The position numbers and the translations under genes are program-made. A stretch of 64,000 nt of DNA from Phycisphaerales bacterium (GTDB lineage: Bacteria; Planctomycetota; Phycisphaerae; Phycisphaerales; UBA5793), in assembly GCA_043101845.1 (NCBI GenBank), contig JBICHN010000011.1:756730-820729 (forward strand). The letters are read 5' to 3'. Shown piece by piece: positions 9,176 through 18,792 of the stretch (positions within the stretch are counted from its first letter, which is position 1; every line of letters begins with the position of its first letter). The notes under the pieces were generated by a model that had not been told where the DNA came from, searched no databases, and worked only from the letters and a program-made list of their open reading frames with translations.

Positions 9176-12149
9176 GGACACGAGACGCCGGGGATTCATC
9201 GCTATGCTTGCGGCGCTCGGCGTGGTTCTCGCAACGCAGTCGGCGATCGCGCTCGATGATTCAATCTGGCGGCTCGCGGGGAGCTTCAACGACTGGAACC
9301 CCAACGACGATCGATGGCGCCTCACACCGGCGAGCGACGGCGTCCATTTCATCGAGGTCGCGCTTCCCGCGGGCGAGTATGAGTTCAAATTCGTGCGTGG
9401 GGGTGACTGGGGGGTTGAGCACCTCGGCCAGGGCACTCTCGTTTCGACCCTCACGCAGCCGGGGCAGAACATCCCACTCAGGCTGGATGCAGGAGCAAAG
9501 GTGACCGTCACACTTGATCCCTCAAATCGAGTGTGGAGACTCGGTCGACCTGAGGTCGACCGTCCGGTTCCAATCGCGCGGCTTGTTGGCATTTCCCGCG
9601 TCGGAGCGCCCCTCATCCTCGATCTCTCCCAGAGTTTGACCCCACCGGGAATCTCGATCGGGGAACTTTCAATCGAGCCACGGCCCGCGGACGCCGTGCG
9701 GGTGGAACGCGTTATTGGCGAACCGCTCCAGCGTCAACTGATTCCGCAACGCGCGGGAGAAGCCGAGTTGCTCATCCGCGTCCGCCCGACCAGTAACGAG
9801 GAGTGGTCCGACCCGGTGGTGGTCGCGCTGCAGACGCGCGAACCGGTCGTCGCGTTCAATGTCAATCGGATGGATGATCCTGTCCATCTTCTCCCTCGTG
9901 CTTCAGAACGCGAGTGGGTTGGGTTGACACATGCGGTGGGATCGAACCCGCAGACCATCAAGCTCCATGATCGTGGCCGGGACGCCCATTTCGCGGTCAC
10001 GATTCACCCGAAGCATGACGACGAGACCTTCCTCCTTCGGTACCACCCCACGCTTCGGCATGTTGAAGCCATCCCGGGCGACTTCGAGATCGTGGAGGAC
10101 GACGCGTCGCCGCGCGTCGTCGATCACTCATCGAAGGCGCTGGCTGAATTCCGACATGATCCGAGACGACCGGATGAGTTCGTCTCCATCAGTCGTGATC
10201 TTGGCCTCTTCGAGGTGGTCGCGCTCGCGCGAGAGCGGCCGAATCGTGGCTATTCGGTGGCGATCATCGACGAGAACCATCAGAACTTCGTGGCGCCGAT
10301 GGTGGAGACCGGTTCGTCCATCGATGGATGGCGTATGTGGCGGGCTCGAATCCAGATTCCCGGCGCCTCGACGGTTCGATACACCATTGTTGAAGACCGC
10401 GCGCCGAGTGGAGAGGCACGGGCCGTGGGGACCTATGAGGGGGTTCTGAATCCCCGCTTCGAAACCCCCGACTGGGCGAAACAGGCGGTGTGGTATCAAA
10501 TCTTCCCCGAACGATTCCGCAACGGCGAGCCGGGAAACGATCCCCACGGCGGCGGAGTCTTTGCGCTCCCCTGGAATGCCGCATGGAGGACGGTGCATCC
10601 CGGAGAATTCGACGCCTGGCGCGAACGGGTGCGGGCGGGCGGAGAGGATCCGGATCGATGGGATCGAGCGCGAACCGGAGAGCCCGGCGGTCGATTCTTC
10701 AATGTGGTCTGGGACCGACGCTACGGCGGCGACCTTGAAGGAATCATCGAGAAGCTCGACGAACTCGCCGAACTCGGAATCAACGCCCTCTACCTCAATC
10801 CGATCTTCGAGGGCGTGAGCATGCACAAGTACGACACGAGCGACTACCGCCATGTCGACGACAACTTCGGAGGCGCCGGACCCGTTCCGGAGACTTGGAC
10901 CGGTGATTCGTCGGAGCCCTACGACGACGCGGCCGCCTGGGAGTGGACGGAAGCGGATCGAGTTTTTCTCCAGCTCCTCGAGGCCGCGCACGAGCGGGAC
11001 ATGAAGGTCATTATCGACGGCGTCTTCAACCATGTCGGCCGCCAGCATCCCGCGTTTCAGGATCTACAGGAGAACGGGATCGATTCCCCCTACGCCGAGT
11101 GGTTCGTCGCCGATTTCGATGAGTCCGGCGACCTCTCCGGCTGGGCCGCGTGGGACGGGCGCAATGGCTGGCTGCCCAAGTTGAAACAGGACGCGGACGG
11201 GTCGCTGGTCTGGCCGGTGCGCGACCACATCTTTGAGGTGACCCGACGCTGGATGGATCCGAACGGCGACGGAGATCCGTCCGATGGGATCGACGGCTGG
11301 CGTCTCGATGTGCCGCTCCTCGTCGGCGACGCCTTCTGGCTCGAGTGGAATGACCTCGTGAAGTCGATCAACCCCGACGCGTACATCGTCGCGGAAATCT
11401 GGACGGACCATGAGGCCGCGGGTCATCTCGAGGGGGACGAGTTCGATGCTCAGATGCACTATCCGTTCGCCATCGCGACGCTGGGGTGGCTCGCGCTGCG
11501 GCCGGGCATGTCGAGCACGGAACTCGCCGACGAGTTGGAGCGCGTGTTCGCGAACGAAGCGCCCCAGACCCGCCTCGTGCAGCAGAATCTCCTTGCGAGT
11601 CACGACACGGACCGGCTCGTCTCCAACCTCGCCAATGCGCGAAGCGGTCGGTACTACGACGCCGGAAATCGGCCGCAGCAGGGAGAGGCCTACGACGAGT
11701 CGCGGCCCGACGAACGGGCGTACGCGCTCAGTCGACTCGCGCTCGTCCTTCAGGCGACTTACGAAGGCGCGCCGATGATCTACTACGGGCAGGAGATCGG
11801 CATGCACGGCGCGGACGATCCGTCGAATCGCAAGCCGCGGCCGTGGCCCGATCGACCCGCGCCGATCGATCCGGACGATCGACCCGTCGATGGTATGCAG
11901 GAGTTCTACGCGACCTGGTTGAACACCCGGGCGGGTTCGGAGACGCTGCAACTCGGCCTGACCCGGCATCGTGATACGGGCGACCCAGATGTGTTCGCCT
12001 TCGAACGGCGGCTCAATGACAACATCGTCCTCGTCGTCATCAATAAGGGGGACGACCCGTATCGCCTCGATCGTCTGACGGACGATCCGTCAGCGGAACA
12101 TCTACTGGTGGATCCAATCGACGCGAGAATTCTCTCGATCGGATGGTGA
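9174..12149 (+). CDS. Exported GH13 alpha-amylase-family glycoside hydrolase (neopullulanase/cyclomaltodextrinase-like) with N-terminal carbohydrate-binding-type domain
   Basis: ATG 9174 is preceded by GAGGAAGGG. The leader MDTRRRGFIAMLAALGVVLATQSAIA is twin-arginine-like. WRLAGSFNDWNPNDDRWRL...YEFKFVRGGDW is an AMPK/CBM48-type module. GH13 regions are DGVFNH, DGWRLDVP, VAEIW and LLASHDTDR, plus WYQIFPERFRNG and GGDLEGIIEKLDELAELGINALYLNPIF. Confidence 0.85.
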   Translation: MDTRRRGFIAMLAALGVVLATQSAIALDDSIWRLAGSFNDWNPNDDRWRLTPASDGVHFIEVALPAGEYEFKFVRGGDWGVEHLGQGTLVSTLTQPGQNIPLRLDAGAKVTVTLDPSNRVWRLGRPEVDRPVPIARLVGISRVGAPLILDLSQSLTPPGISIGELSIEPRPADAVRVERVIGEPLQRQLIPQRAGEAELLIRVRPTSNEEWSDPVVVALQTREPVVAFNVNRMDDPVHLLPRASEREWVGLTHAVGSNPQTIKLHDRGRDAHFAVTIHPKHDDETFLLRYHPTLRHVEAIPGDFEIVEDDASPRVVDHSSKALAEFRHDPRRPDEFVSISRDLGLFEVVALARERPNRGYSVAIIDENHQNFVAPMVETGSSIDGWRMWRARIQIPGASTVRYTIVEDRAPSGEARAVGTYEGVLNPRFETPDWAKQAVWYQIFPERFRNGEPGNDPHGGGVFALPWNAAWRTVHPGEFDAWRERVRAGGEDPDRWDRARTGEPGGRFFNVVWDRRYGGDLEGIIEKLDELAELGINALYLNPIFEGVSMHKYDTSDYRHVDDNFGGAGPVPETWTGDSSEPYDDAAAWEWTEADRVFLQLLEAAHERDMKVIIDGVFNHVGRQHPAFQDLQENGIDSPYAEWFVADFDESGDLSGWAAWDGRNGWLPKLKQDADGSLVWPVRDHIFEVTRRWMDPNGDGDPSDGIDGWRLDVPLLVGDAFWLEWNDLVKSINPDAYIVAEIWTDHEAAGHLEGDEFDAQMHYPFAIATLGWLALRPGMSSTELADELERVFANEAPQTRLVQQNLLASHDTDRLVSNLANARSGRYYDAGNRPQQGEAYDESRPDERAYALSRLALVLQATYEGAPMIYYGQEIGMHGADDPSNRKPRPWPDRPAPIDPDDRPVDGMQEFYATWLNTRAGSETLQLGLTRHRDTGDPDVFAFERRLNDNIVLVVINKGDDPYRLDRLTDDPSAEHLLVDPIDARILSIGW

Positions 12150-12152
12150 TCG

Positions 12153-13319
12153 TCAGCGCAACTTGATCGTGGCGAGCGCGAGCGCCGAGAGAATCGCGGT
12201 GATGAGCCAGAACCGGACGACCACCTGCTGTTCGGTCCATCCGCCGAGGTGGAAGTGATGATGGATCGGCGCACATCGGAAGATGCGGCGACCGCCCGTC
12301 ATCTTGAAGTATCCCACCTGCAGGACGACGCTCATCATCTCGAGCATGAAGACGCCGCCGATGAGGATGAGCAGGAATTCCTGGCGGATAACCACAGCGA
12401 TGTAGGCGAGCAGACCGCCGAGCGCCAGCGAGCCGGTATCACCCATGAAGACCTGGGCCGGCGCGCAGTTGTACCACAGGAAACCGAGGCACGCCCCCGC
12501 CATCGAACCGGCGATGATGGAGAGTTCGCCGCTGAACGGAATGTGGGGGATGAGCAACTGCGTCGCGAGTTGCGTATCGCCCGCGATGCCGCATAACACC
12601 ATGAATGCGAACGAGCAGATCGCGGCGATTCCCGCAGCGAGCCCGTCCATTCCATCGGTGAGATTCACCGCGTTCGAGCCGCCGGCGATCATGAGCGTGG
12701 CGATGAGGGTGAAGACGGCGCCGGAAAGATAGATGAGGTTCTCAGGGTTCGTCGTGCCCGGTTCGTAGGCCCGAACGAGCGGCAGCGACGGGAAACTGTG
12801 CGCCATCTGCGGATTCTCCGCCCCGTGCCGGTAAACGAACAGCCCGACCAGCACGCCGACACCCAGTTGGAAGAGCAGCTTCTCCCACGCGTACAACCCT
12901 TCGCGCGATCCTTTCGAGCGTCGGGCGCTCGTGAGTTTGAGCCAGTCATCGACTCCCCCGAGCACGCTCAGCCAGAGCACCACGACGAGCCCGAGCCGAA
13001 CATACTGATTCGACAGGTCGCCGAGGAGGAGCGCCACCCCGATGATGGCGCCGGAGATCAACAAACCGCCCATCGTCGGCGTATTCGCCTTCTGCATCAT
13101 GAGCCGATTGAGATCGGCGTTATAGAACTCGGGCGCGTCGCCGACCTTCTGGCGAATGAGCCACTGGATGACCCGACGACCGAAGAAGGTAACGATCAGA
13201 AAGGACAGAATGACCGCCGCGATTGCACGAAAGCTCACCCAGTCGAAGATCCGCACGAATCGATAGAGATCATGCGCGTCGAGCCAGTCGCGGCTGAGAT
13301 TGAGAAAGAAAACGATCAT
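12153..13319 (-). CDS. mraY: Phospho-N-acetylmuramoyl-pentapeptide transferase MraY
   Basis: Motifs are KANTPTMGGLL, NAVNLTDGMDGLAAG, FMGDTGSLALGGLL and APIHHHFHLGGW. Confidence 0.95.
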   Translation of the reverse strand: MIVFFLNLSRDWLDAHDLYRFVRIFDWVSFRAIAAVILSFLIVTFFGRRVIQWLIRQKVGDAPEFYNADLNRLMMQKANTPTMGGLLISGAIIGVALLLGDLSNQYVRLGLVVVLWLSVLGGVDDWLKLTSARRSKGSREGLYAWEKLLFQLGVGVLVGLFVYRHGAENPQMAHSFPSLPLVRAYEPGTTNPENLIYLSGAVFTLIATLMIAGGSNAVNLTDGMDGLAAGIAAICSFAFMVLCGIAGDTQLATQLLIPHIPFSGELSIIAGSMAGACLGFLWYNCAPAQVFMGDTGSLALGGLLAYIAVVIRQEFLLILIGGVFMLEMMSVVLQVGYFKMTGGRRIFRCAPIHHHFHLGGWTEQQVVVRFWLITAILSALALATIKLR

Positions 13320-13427
13320 GCGGCGGTCGGGTCCCGGCGGGCGGAGAAAAGCGACTCGTTACGCCATCGGCTCAATCGGCGGCGCTCGTGCAACGGAGGG
13401 GAGACGATAGCCGCAGTCGATGGCGCC

Positions 13428-14852
13428 TTAGCCGATCGACGCCTCCTCGGCTTCGAGAATGCGCTCGAGTCCGACGCCTCTCGATCCCTTGAGGAGGACG
13501 AACGATCCGGGATCGATCATCTCCGCGATTCTCGCCGACTCCGCGTCGTCGAGTCGCTCGATCCACTCGACTCGCCCGTCCGACCAGCGTCGGGTGAGCC
13601 TTGCGGACGCGTCGGCGAATTCGGCGCCGAGGAGAACAACGCGCTCGAACGGCGATTCAGTGTCGAGTCTGGCGATCTCATCCACAATCTCGTCATGCGT
13701 CGACGGCGCGTGGTCGCCGAGTTCGAGCATGGCTCCGAGGACGAGTATTCGTCGACTCCCGGCCGGTGTCACGGACTGAAAGGTTCGAAGCGCGGCGAGC
13801 ATCGACTCCGGGTTCGCGTTATACGCGTCGTTGTAGACCGTGGCGCCGCGGAACGCGGTCGTACGAAAACGCAGTGGGTCGGTCTCGACGGCGTGGAGCC
13901 CCTGCGCGATCGCTTCATCATCGAGGCCGAACCGCCGTGCAACCGCGATCGCGGCGGCGGCGTTCCACGCGTGATGCCCTCCGACGAGCGGGACGCGCCA
14001 GGCCGTGCCACCATTCAGCGTGAACGAAACCCCGTCCGCATCCGCTTGAACGGACGAGATGCGAATGTCGGCAGATTCCGACGCGCCGAAGCGGAGGTGA
14101 TTCATCCCCTCGAGACGAAGTGATTCGAGACCGGGGGAATCGGCGTTGGTGATCGCCCAGCCGCCTTCGGCGAGACAGGAGAGAAGACTCAGCTTCTCGC
14201 GCGCCACTCCCTCGACGCTCCCGAGGCCGGCGAGGTGCGACCGGCCGATGTTCGTGATCACCGCGAGATCCGGCTCGATCAGTTTCCCAAGCGCTGCGAT
14301 CTCACCCGGGGCGTTCGTTCCGACCTCGACGACGAGGTACTGATCTCCCGCCCGCGCCGAGAGGAGCGTCAGCGGGACACCGATGTCGTTATTGAACGAC
14401 TTCGGACTCATTCGGCCACGCAGCGTCGTGGTCAGCGCCGCATGGACGAGTCGCTTTGTCGTCGTCTTGCCGTTCGATCCGGTAATCGCAACCACGCGCA
14501 GGCTGCCGAATTCTTTTCGATACGCGGCGGCGAGTTGGCCGAGTGCGCGTCGGGTATCTTCGACGAGCAGGACGCGTTCGCATGAGCCAGACTGGCTCAC
14601 ACAGGCTTCGCGATCGATCACGATGAGCGCGGCGCCCGCGGCGGCGGCGGCATCGACGAAGTCATGGCCATCGAAGCGCTCGCCACGAATCGCGATGAAT
14701 GCGACGCCGGGTTCCACGGCGCGACTGTCGATACAGACTCCGGTAAGTCGTTCCGTCTCCGTGGAATCGGCGTGAGCGTCGGGGCGCTGAAGCCACCGCC
14801 CCTGAGTCGCCGCTCGAAAGCGGTCCGGCGACCAGAAATCATCCATGCTCAT
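13428..14852 (-). CDS. murF: UDP-N-acetylmuramoyl-tripeptide--D-alanyl-D-alanine ligase MurF
   Basis: ITGSNGKTTTK P-loop, VVEVGTNAPGEI, and NDAYNANPESM near the C-terminal domain. The start overlaps the murE stop by 4 nt (ATGA). Confidence 0.9.
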   Translation of the reverse strand: MSMDDFWSPDRFRAATQGRWLQRPDAHADSTETERLTGVCIDSRAVEPGVAFIAIRGERFDGHDFVDAAAAAGAALIVIDREACVSQSGSCERVLLVEDTRRALGQLAAAYRKEFGSLRVVAITGSNGKTTTKRLVHAALTTTLRGRMSPKSFNNDIGVPLTLLSARAGDQYLVVEVGTNAPGEIAALGKLIEPDLAVITNIGRSHLAGLGSVEGVAREKLSLLSCLAEGGWAITNADSPGLESLRLEGMNHLRFGASESADIRISSVQADADGVSFTLNGGTAWRVPLVGGHHAWNAAAAIAVARRFGLDDEAIAQGLHAVETDPLRFRTTAFRGATVYNDAYNANPESMLAALRTFQSVTPAGSRRILVLGAMLELGDHAPSTHDEIVDEIARLDTESPFERVVLLGAEFADASARLTRRWSDGRVEWIERLDDAESARIAEMIDPGSFVLLKGSRGVGLERILEAEEASIG

Positions 14853-16381
14853 GGCGTACCCGCGCTCGTGGCGGTGAGGGGCGACGCCGCTCCGCGACGA
14901 CGCTCGAGCGCCTCGCGCGCGACCCGCCGATCGTCGAATGGGCGCTTCTCGGTTCCGATGATCTGATAGTCCTCGTGCCCCTTGCCCGCGATGACGATGA
15001 CATCGCCGTCACGCGCTTCGCGGATCACCGAGTTGATCGCGCTTCGTCGATCCGGGTCGACAATGGCGATTCGGCTTCGTTCGTCGCTCGAAGCGTCTCG
15101 CAGAATGTCCTCGATGATCGACTGCGGATCCTCGGTCCGGGGGTTATCGCTCGTCACCGCGACCAGGTCGGCGTTCGCGCATGCGGCGCGGCGCATCCGG
15201 GGGCGCTTCGTGCGATCGCGGTCCCCACCACATCCGAACACCGCGACGAGGCGTCCGCCGTCTGGCACGATGGGCCGAACCGCGGAGAGGACATTCGCGA
15301 GCGCGTCGTCGGTGTGCGCGTAATCGACGAGCACCGTGAACGGATCGTCGGGCGCGGTAACGGGCTCGAGTCGCCCGGGAGGCGCCGTGACCGTCGCAAG
15401 GGCCGCCGTAATCGATTCCATCGACACTCCGACCACATGCGCCACCGCGACCGCCTGCAGCGCATTCGCGATATTGTGCCGCCCGACGAGGGGCAGCGGG
15501 GCTTCGATTCGACCCCAGGGGCCGATGAACTCAGCCCGCGCGCCTTGGGCGGTCAGTTCGAGCGCTCGGCCGCTCGCGTCGTCATGCGTCGCGTTTGCGA
15601 TAGTTCCGAGGCGACACCGAATGATCCGCCCGGCCTTCGACTCCGCGACCATCCGTTCGCTGAACGGATCGTCCGCGTTGATGATCGCGAAGTCGTCCGG
15701 ACCGAGGGACTCGAAGAGCTTCGCCTTCGCGTCGGCATAGTCATCCATCGACGCGTGATAATCGAGGTGGTCGCCGCTGAGATTCGTGAACACCGCGACG
15801 CGAAACCGGAGCCCGGCCGTGCGCCGTTGCGCGAGCGCGTGACTCGACGCCTCCATGACCACCGAATCGCAACCGTTGGAGACCATCTCGGCCAGAATGC
15901 GGCTGAGTTCGATCGCAGACGGCGTGGTCAACGCGGAAGGCGATTGACGGACGCCATCGTCGACGAGCACCGTGCCGATCAGGCCACACCGATGTCCCGC
16001 GGCGTTGAGCAACTGTTGCGCGAGTGTCGCCGTCGTAGTCTTTCCGTTCGTCCCCGTGACGCCGACGACCGTGAGTCGACGGGAGGGCTCACCAGAGAAT
16101 CGTTCCGCGACTTGAGCGGCGACGAGGGGGGCGTCGTCCACGACGAGTGAGGCCGCGGCGCCGGTGTCGAGCGAAGGGTCATCGGAAAGGACCGCGACGG
16201 CGCCCGACGCCACGGCGTCGGCGACAAACCTTCTTCCGTCCTGCCGTCCGCCGGCGCGAGCAATGAAGAGGGCCCCGGGAACGACCGTGCGGCTGTCCTC
16301 GGTCACGGCGTGGATGGGAGTCATCGTCTCGCCGCGCACGAGATGCACGGGCAGACCGGCGATGAGCTGTCCCAGCGACAT
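14849..16381 (-). CDS. murE: UDP-N-acetylmuramoyl-L-alanyl-D-glutamate--2,6-diaminopimelate ligase MurE
   Basis: VTGTNGKTTTA, MEASSHALAQRR, DYAHTDDAL, and the TSDNPRTEDP (DNPR) motif associated with meso-DAP specificity. The start was trimmed to MSLGQLIAGLP at 16381; the track ORF begins at 16474. Confidence 0.9.
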   Translation of the reverse strand: MSLGQLIAGLPVHLVRGETMTPIHAVTEDSRTVVPGALFIARAGGRQDGRRFVADAVASGAVAVLSDDPSLDTGAAASLVVDDAPLVAAQVAERFSGEPSRRLTVVGVTGTNGKTTTATLAQQLLNAAGHRCGLIGTVLVDDGVRQSPSALTTPSAIELSRILAEMVSNGCDSVVMEASSHALAQRRTAGLRFRVAVFTNLSGDHLDYHASMDDYADAKAKLFESLGPDDFAIINADDPFSERMVAESKAGRIIRCRLGTIANATHDDASGRALELTAQGARAEFIGPWGRIEAPLPLVGRHNIANALQAVAVAHVVGVSMESITAALATVTAPPGRLEPVTAPDDPFTVLVDYAHTDDALANVLSAVRPIVPDGGRLVAVFGCGGDRDRTKRPRMRRAACANADLVAVTSDNPRTEDPQSIIEDILRDASSDERSRIAIVDPDRRSAINSVIREARDGDVIVIAGKGHEDYQIIGTEKRPFDDRRVAREALERRRGAASPLTATSAGTP

Positions 16382-16519
16382 GGTTGAGCGTTCCGACCAC
16401 GCCATTCCCGATCGCCCTCCTCGCAGCGCCAATGATAGTGTGGACCCCGGAGCCGCATGCTCGCGTGGGTTCAATATCGACCCGATCCGGCGTCACGCGT
16501 GAACGGCGCCGACGGACGC

Positions 16520-18607
16520 TCAGCCGACCGGCGCCGGCTCCCGCATGGCGTCGAGAATCGAGCGGCGGCCGCGGCTGCGGACCTCGTCGAGCGCCAGTTC
16601 GACGAACCGGTCGCGAGGAATCGAACCAAGATCGCCCTCGGTCCGATGGCGCACGCTCACGGTTCCCGCCTCGGCGTCCCGGCCGCCCACAACGAGCATG
16701 TAGGGGATCTTCGCTTCGGTCGCGGCGCGAATCTTCGCCTGCACGCGCTCGTCCCCGGCGTCGAGCGCCACCCGGAAGTCACCGGCGTCTTCGATCGCCG
16801 CCTTCACCTCCCGCGCGTAGTCGACAAACTTCTCCGAAATCGGCAGGATCCGAATCTGCTCTGGGCTCAGCCAGAGCGGGAAGTCACCGGAGTAATGCTC
16901 GATGAGCATACCGACGAATCGCTCGAATGATCCGAAGGGCGCACAGTGAATCATCACCGGCCGGTGCGGCTGGTTGTCCGCCCCGATGTACGAGAGATCG
17001 AACCGTTCGGGCAGGTTGTAATCGACCTGCACGGTGCCGAGCTGCCATTCGCGACCCAGCGAGTCCTTCGCGACGAAGTCGATCTTCGGCCCGTAGAACG
17101 CGGCCTCGCCCGGTTCGAGCGAATACGCCACGCCCATCGACTTCGCCGCGTCGATGCACGCCGCCTCGGCCTTCTCCCAGTTCTCGGGCGAGCCGACATA
17201 CTTGTCGCTCTCCGGATCACGAAGGCTCACACGCACGCGATATTCAAAGCCCATCTCCTCGAGCACGAGCTTGGTCATGTCGAGATCGAGCTGAATCTCG
17301 TCCGCAAGCTGTTCCGGCGCGCAGAAGATGTGCGAGTCATCCTGAGTGAATCCGCGCACCCGGGTCATGCCGTGGCATTCTCCCGACTGCTCCCAGCGGT
17401 ACACGGTTCCGAACTCGGCGAGCCGGACCGGAAGATCACGGTAGGAGTGAGGCTCCGCGTCGAACACCTTGATGTGATGCGGGCAGTTCATCGGCTTGAG
17501 CAGAAACCCGTCGGCCTCATGCTGGATCGCGTTCGCGATCTCGGCGCACCCGCAGCCGGCGCCCTTGTCTTCGAGCACGCGGGCGATTTCGGCGGAGTCG
17601 ATGAGCGGCGGGAACTGCGATTCCGCGTAGTACGGGAAGTGACCCGAAGTCCGGTACAGATCGAGCTTCCCGACATGCGGGGTGTTGACCCACTGAAACC
17701 CGGCGCGATCGCGCGCTTCGCGAATGAAGATCTCGAGCTGCCGCCGCAGCGCCGCGCCCTTCGGCATCCACATGACGAGGCCGGTCCCGACCGATTCATG
17801 AGTGGTGAACAGGCCAAGCTGCTTTCCGAGCGTCCGATGGTCGCGCTTCTTCGCTTCCTCAAGCAGGGCCAGGTGCGCCTCGAGATCCTTCTTCTTCGGA
17901 AACGCCACGCCGTAGACGCGGGTGAGCCGATCGCTGTTCTCGTCACCGTGCCAGTACGACGACGCGAGGCTCATGACCTTGAAGGCGCCGATCGCGCCGG
18001 TGCTCGGCGCATGCGGTCCGCGGCAGAGGTCTTCCCAGTCCTTCCCCGGTTCGCCGGTCGCGTAGAACGAGAGCGAATCCGATCCGGCGTCGATCGCCTT
18101 CTCCGCGTTGTCGATCTTGTATTTCGAACCCTCGTCACTCAGCTTCGCGAGCCCTTCGCCCACCGACATGTCGTACCGCTTGAACGGGCGATCCTCCTTG
18201 ATGATCTCGCCCATGATCCGCTCGATTTCTTCGAAGTCGTCGGTCGAGAGGGCGCGGTCTTCGGGAAACCGGATGTCGTAGTAGAACCCGGTTTCGACGG
18301 GAGGGCCATAGACGAGTTGAGCCTCGGGAACGACCCGCTGGATCGCCTCGGCCATGACATGCGCGCACGAGTGGCGAAGCAGATAGAGACCATCAGGGTC
18401 GAGGTCCCCGTCGCGGCCTTTCGCGGTCACGATCGACACTCTGGCGTCGTGGTCGATCGGGAAGGACAGGTCGCGAAGTTCGCCGTCCACTTTGACGCCG
18501 AGCGCCGCGCGGGCGAGACCGGCGCCGATCGACTCGGCGATCTCGCGACCACTGACCGGTTTGTCGAACTCCCGGACACTTCCGTCGGGAAGGGTAATAC
18601 GAGGCAT
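16520..18607 (-). CDS. thrS: Threonyl-tRNA synthetase
   Basis: TGS-like N-terminus MPRITLPDGSVREFDKPVSGREIA. Editing-domain motif LRHSCAHVMA. Class II core FLLKPMNCPHH, RGFTQDDSHIFC and PVMIHCAPFGSFERF. Start at ATG 18607, with GGAGA 7 nt upstream. Confidence 0.95.
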   Translation of the reverse strand: MPRITLPDGSVREFDKPVSGREIAESIGAGLARAALGVKVDGELRDLSFPIDHDARVSIVTAKGRDGDLDPDGLYLLRHSCAHVMAEAIQRVVPEAQLVYGPPVETGFYYDIRFPEDRALSTDDFEEIERIMGEIIKEDRPFKRYDMSVGEGLAKLSDEGSKYKIDNAEKAIDAGSDSLSFYATGEPGKDWEDLCRGPHAPSTGAIGAFKVMSLASSYWHGDENSDRLTRVYGVAFPKKKDLEAHLALLEEAKKRDHRTLGKQLGLFTTHESVGTGLVMWMPKGAALRRQLEIFIREARDRAGFQWVNTPHVGKLDLYRTSGHFPYYAESQFPPLIDSAEIARVLEDKGAGCGCAEIANAIQHEADGFLLKPMNCPHHIKVFDAEPHSYRDLPVRLAEFGTVYRWEQSGECHGMTRVRGFTQDDSHIFCAPEQLADEIQLDLDMTKLVLEEMGFEYRVRVSLRDPESDKYVGSPENWEKAEAACIDAAKSMGVAYSLEPGEAAFYGPKIDFVAKDSLGREWQLGTVQVDYNLPERFDLSYIGADNQPHRPVMIHCAPFGSFERFVGMLIEHYSGDFPLWLSPEQIRILPISEKFVDYAREVKAAIEDAGDFRVALDAGDERVQAKIRAATEAKIPYMLVVGGRDAEAGTVSVRHRTEGDLGSIPRDRFVELALDEVRSRGRRSILDAMREPAPVG

Positions 18608-18676
18608 GGCCATTCTCCGGCGGTCTCCCTCGCGGCGAGTCAGGCTCGCGGACATCGGGAGACACAAAACGAACAA

Positions 18677-18701
18677 CGCACGGCTCAGGATCGGCCGTGC
18701 G
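18677..18701 (-). terminator. Hairpin plus U-rich tail downstream of lspA (candidate intrinsic terminator)
   Basis: CGCACGGC (18677-18684) pairs with GCCGTGCG (18694-18701), giving an 8-bp perfect stem and a 9-nt loop. On the minus strand it is followed by TTGTTCGTTTTGTG. It lies about 90 nt after the lspA stop and before thrS. Confidence 0.5.
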
Positions 18702-18792
18702 GAGGTCTGCAATCCAGATTCCAGCGCGAGCCGATCACGCGGCGGCGGTTTCCGCCGTCGTCGTCGTAGTCGTCGTCGCGTTGGTCATCAGT

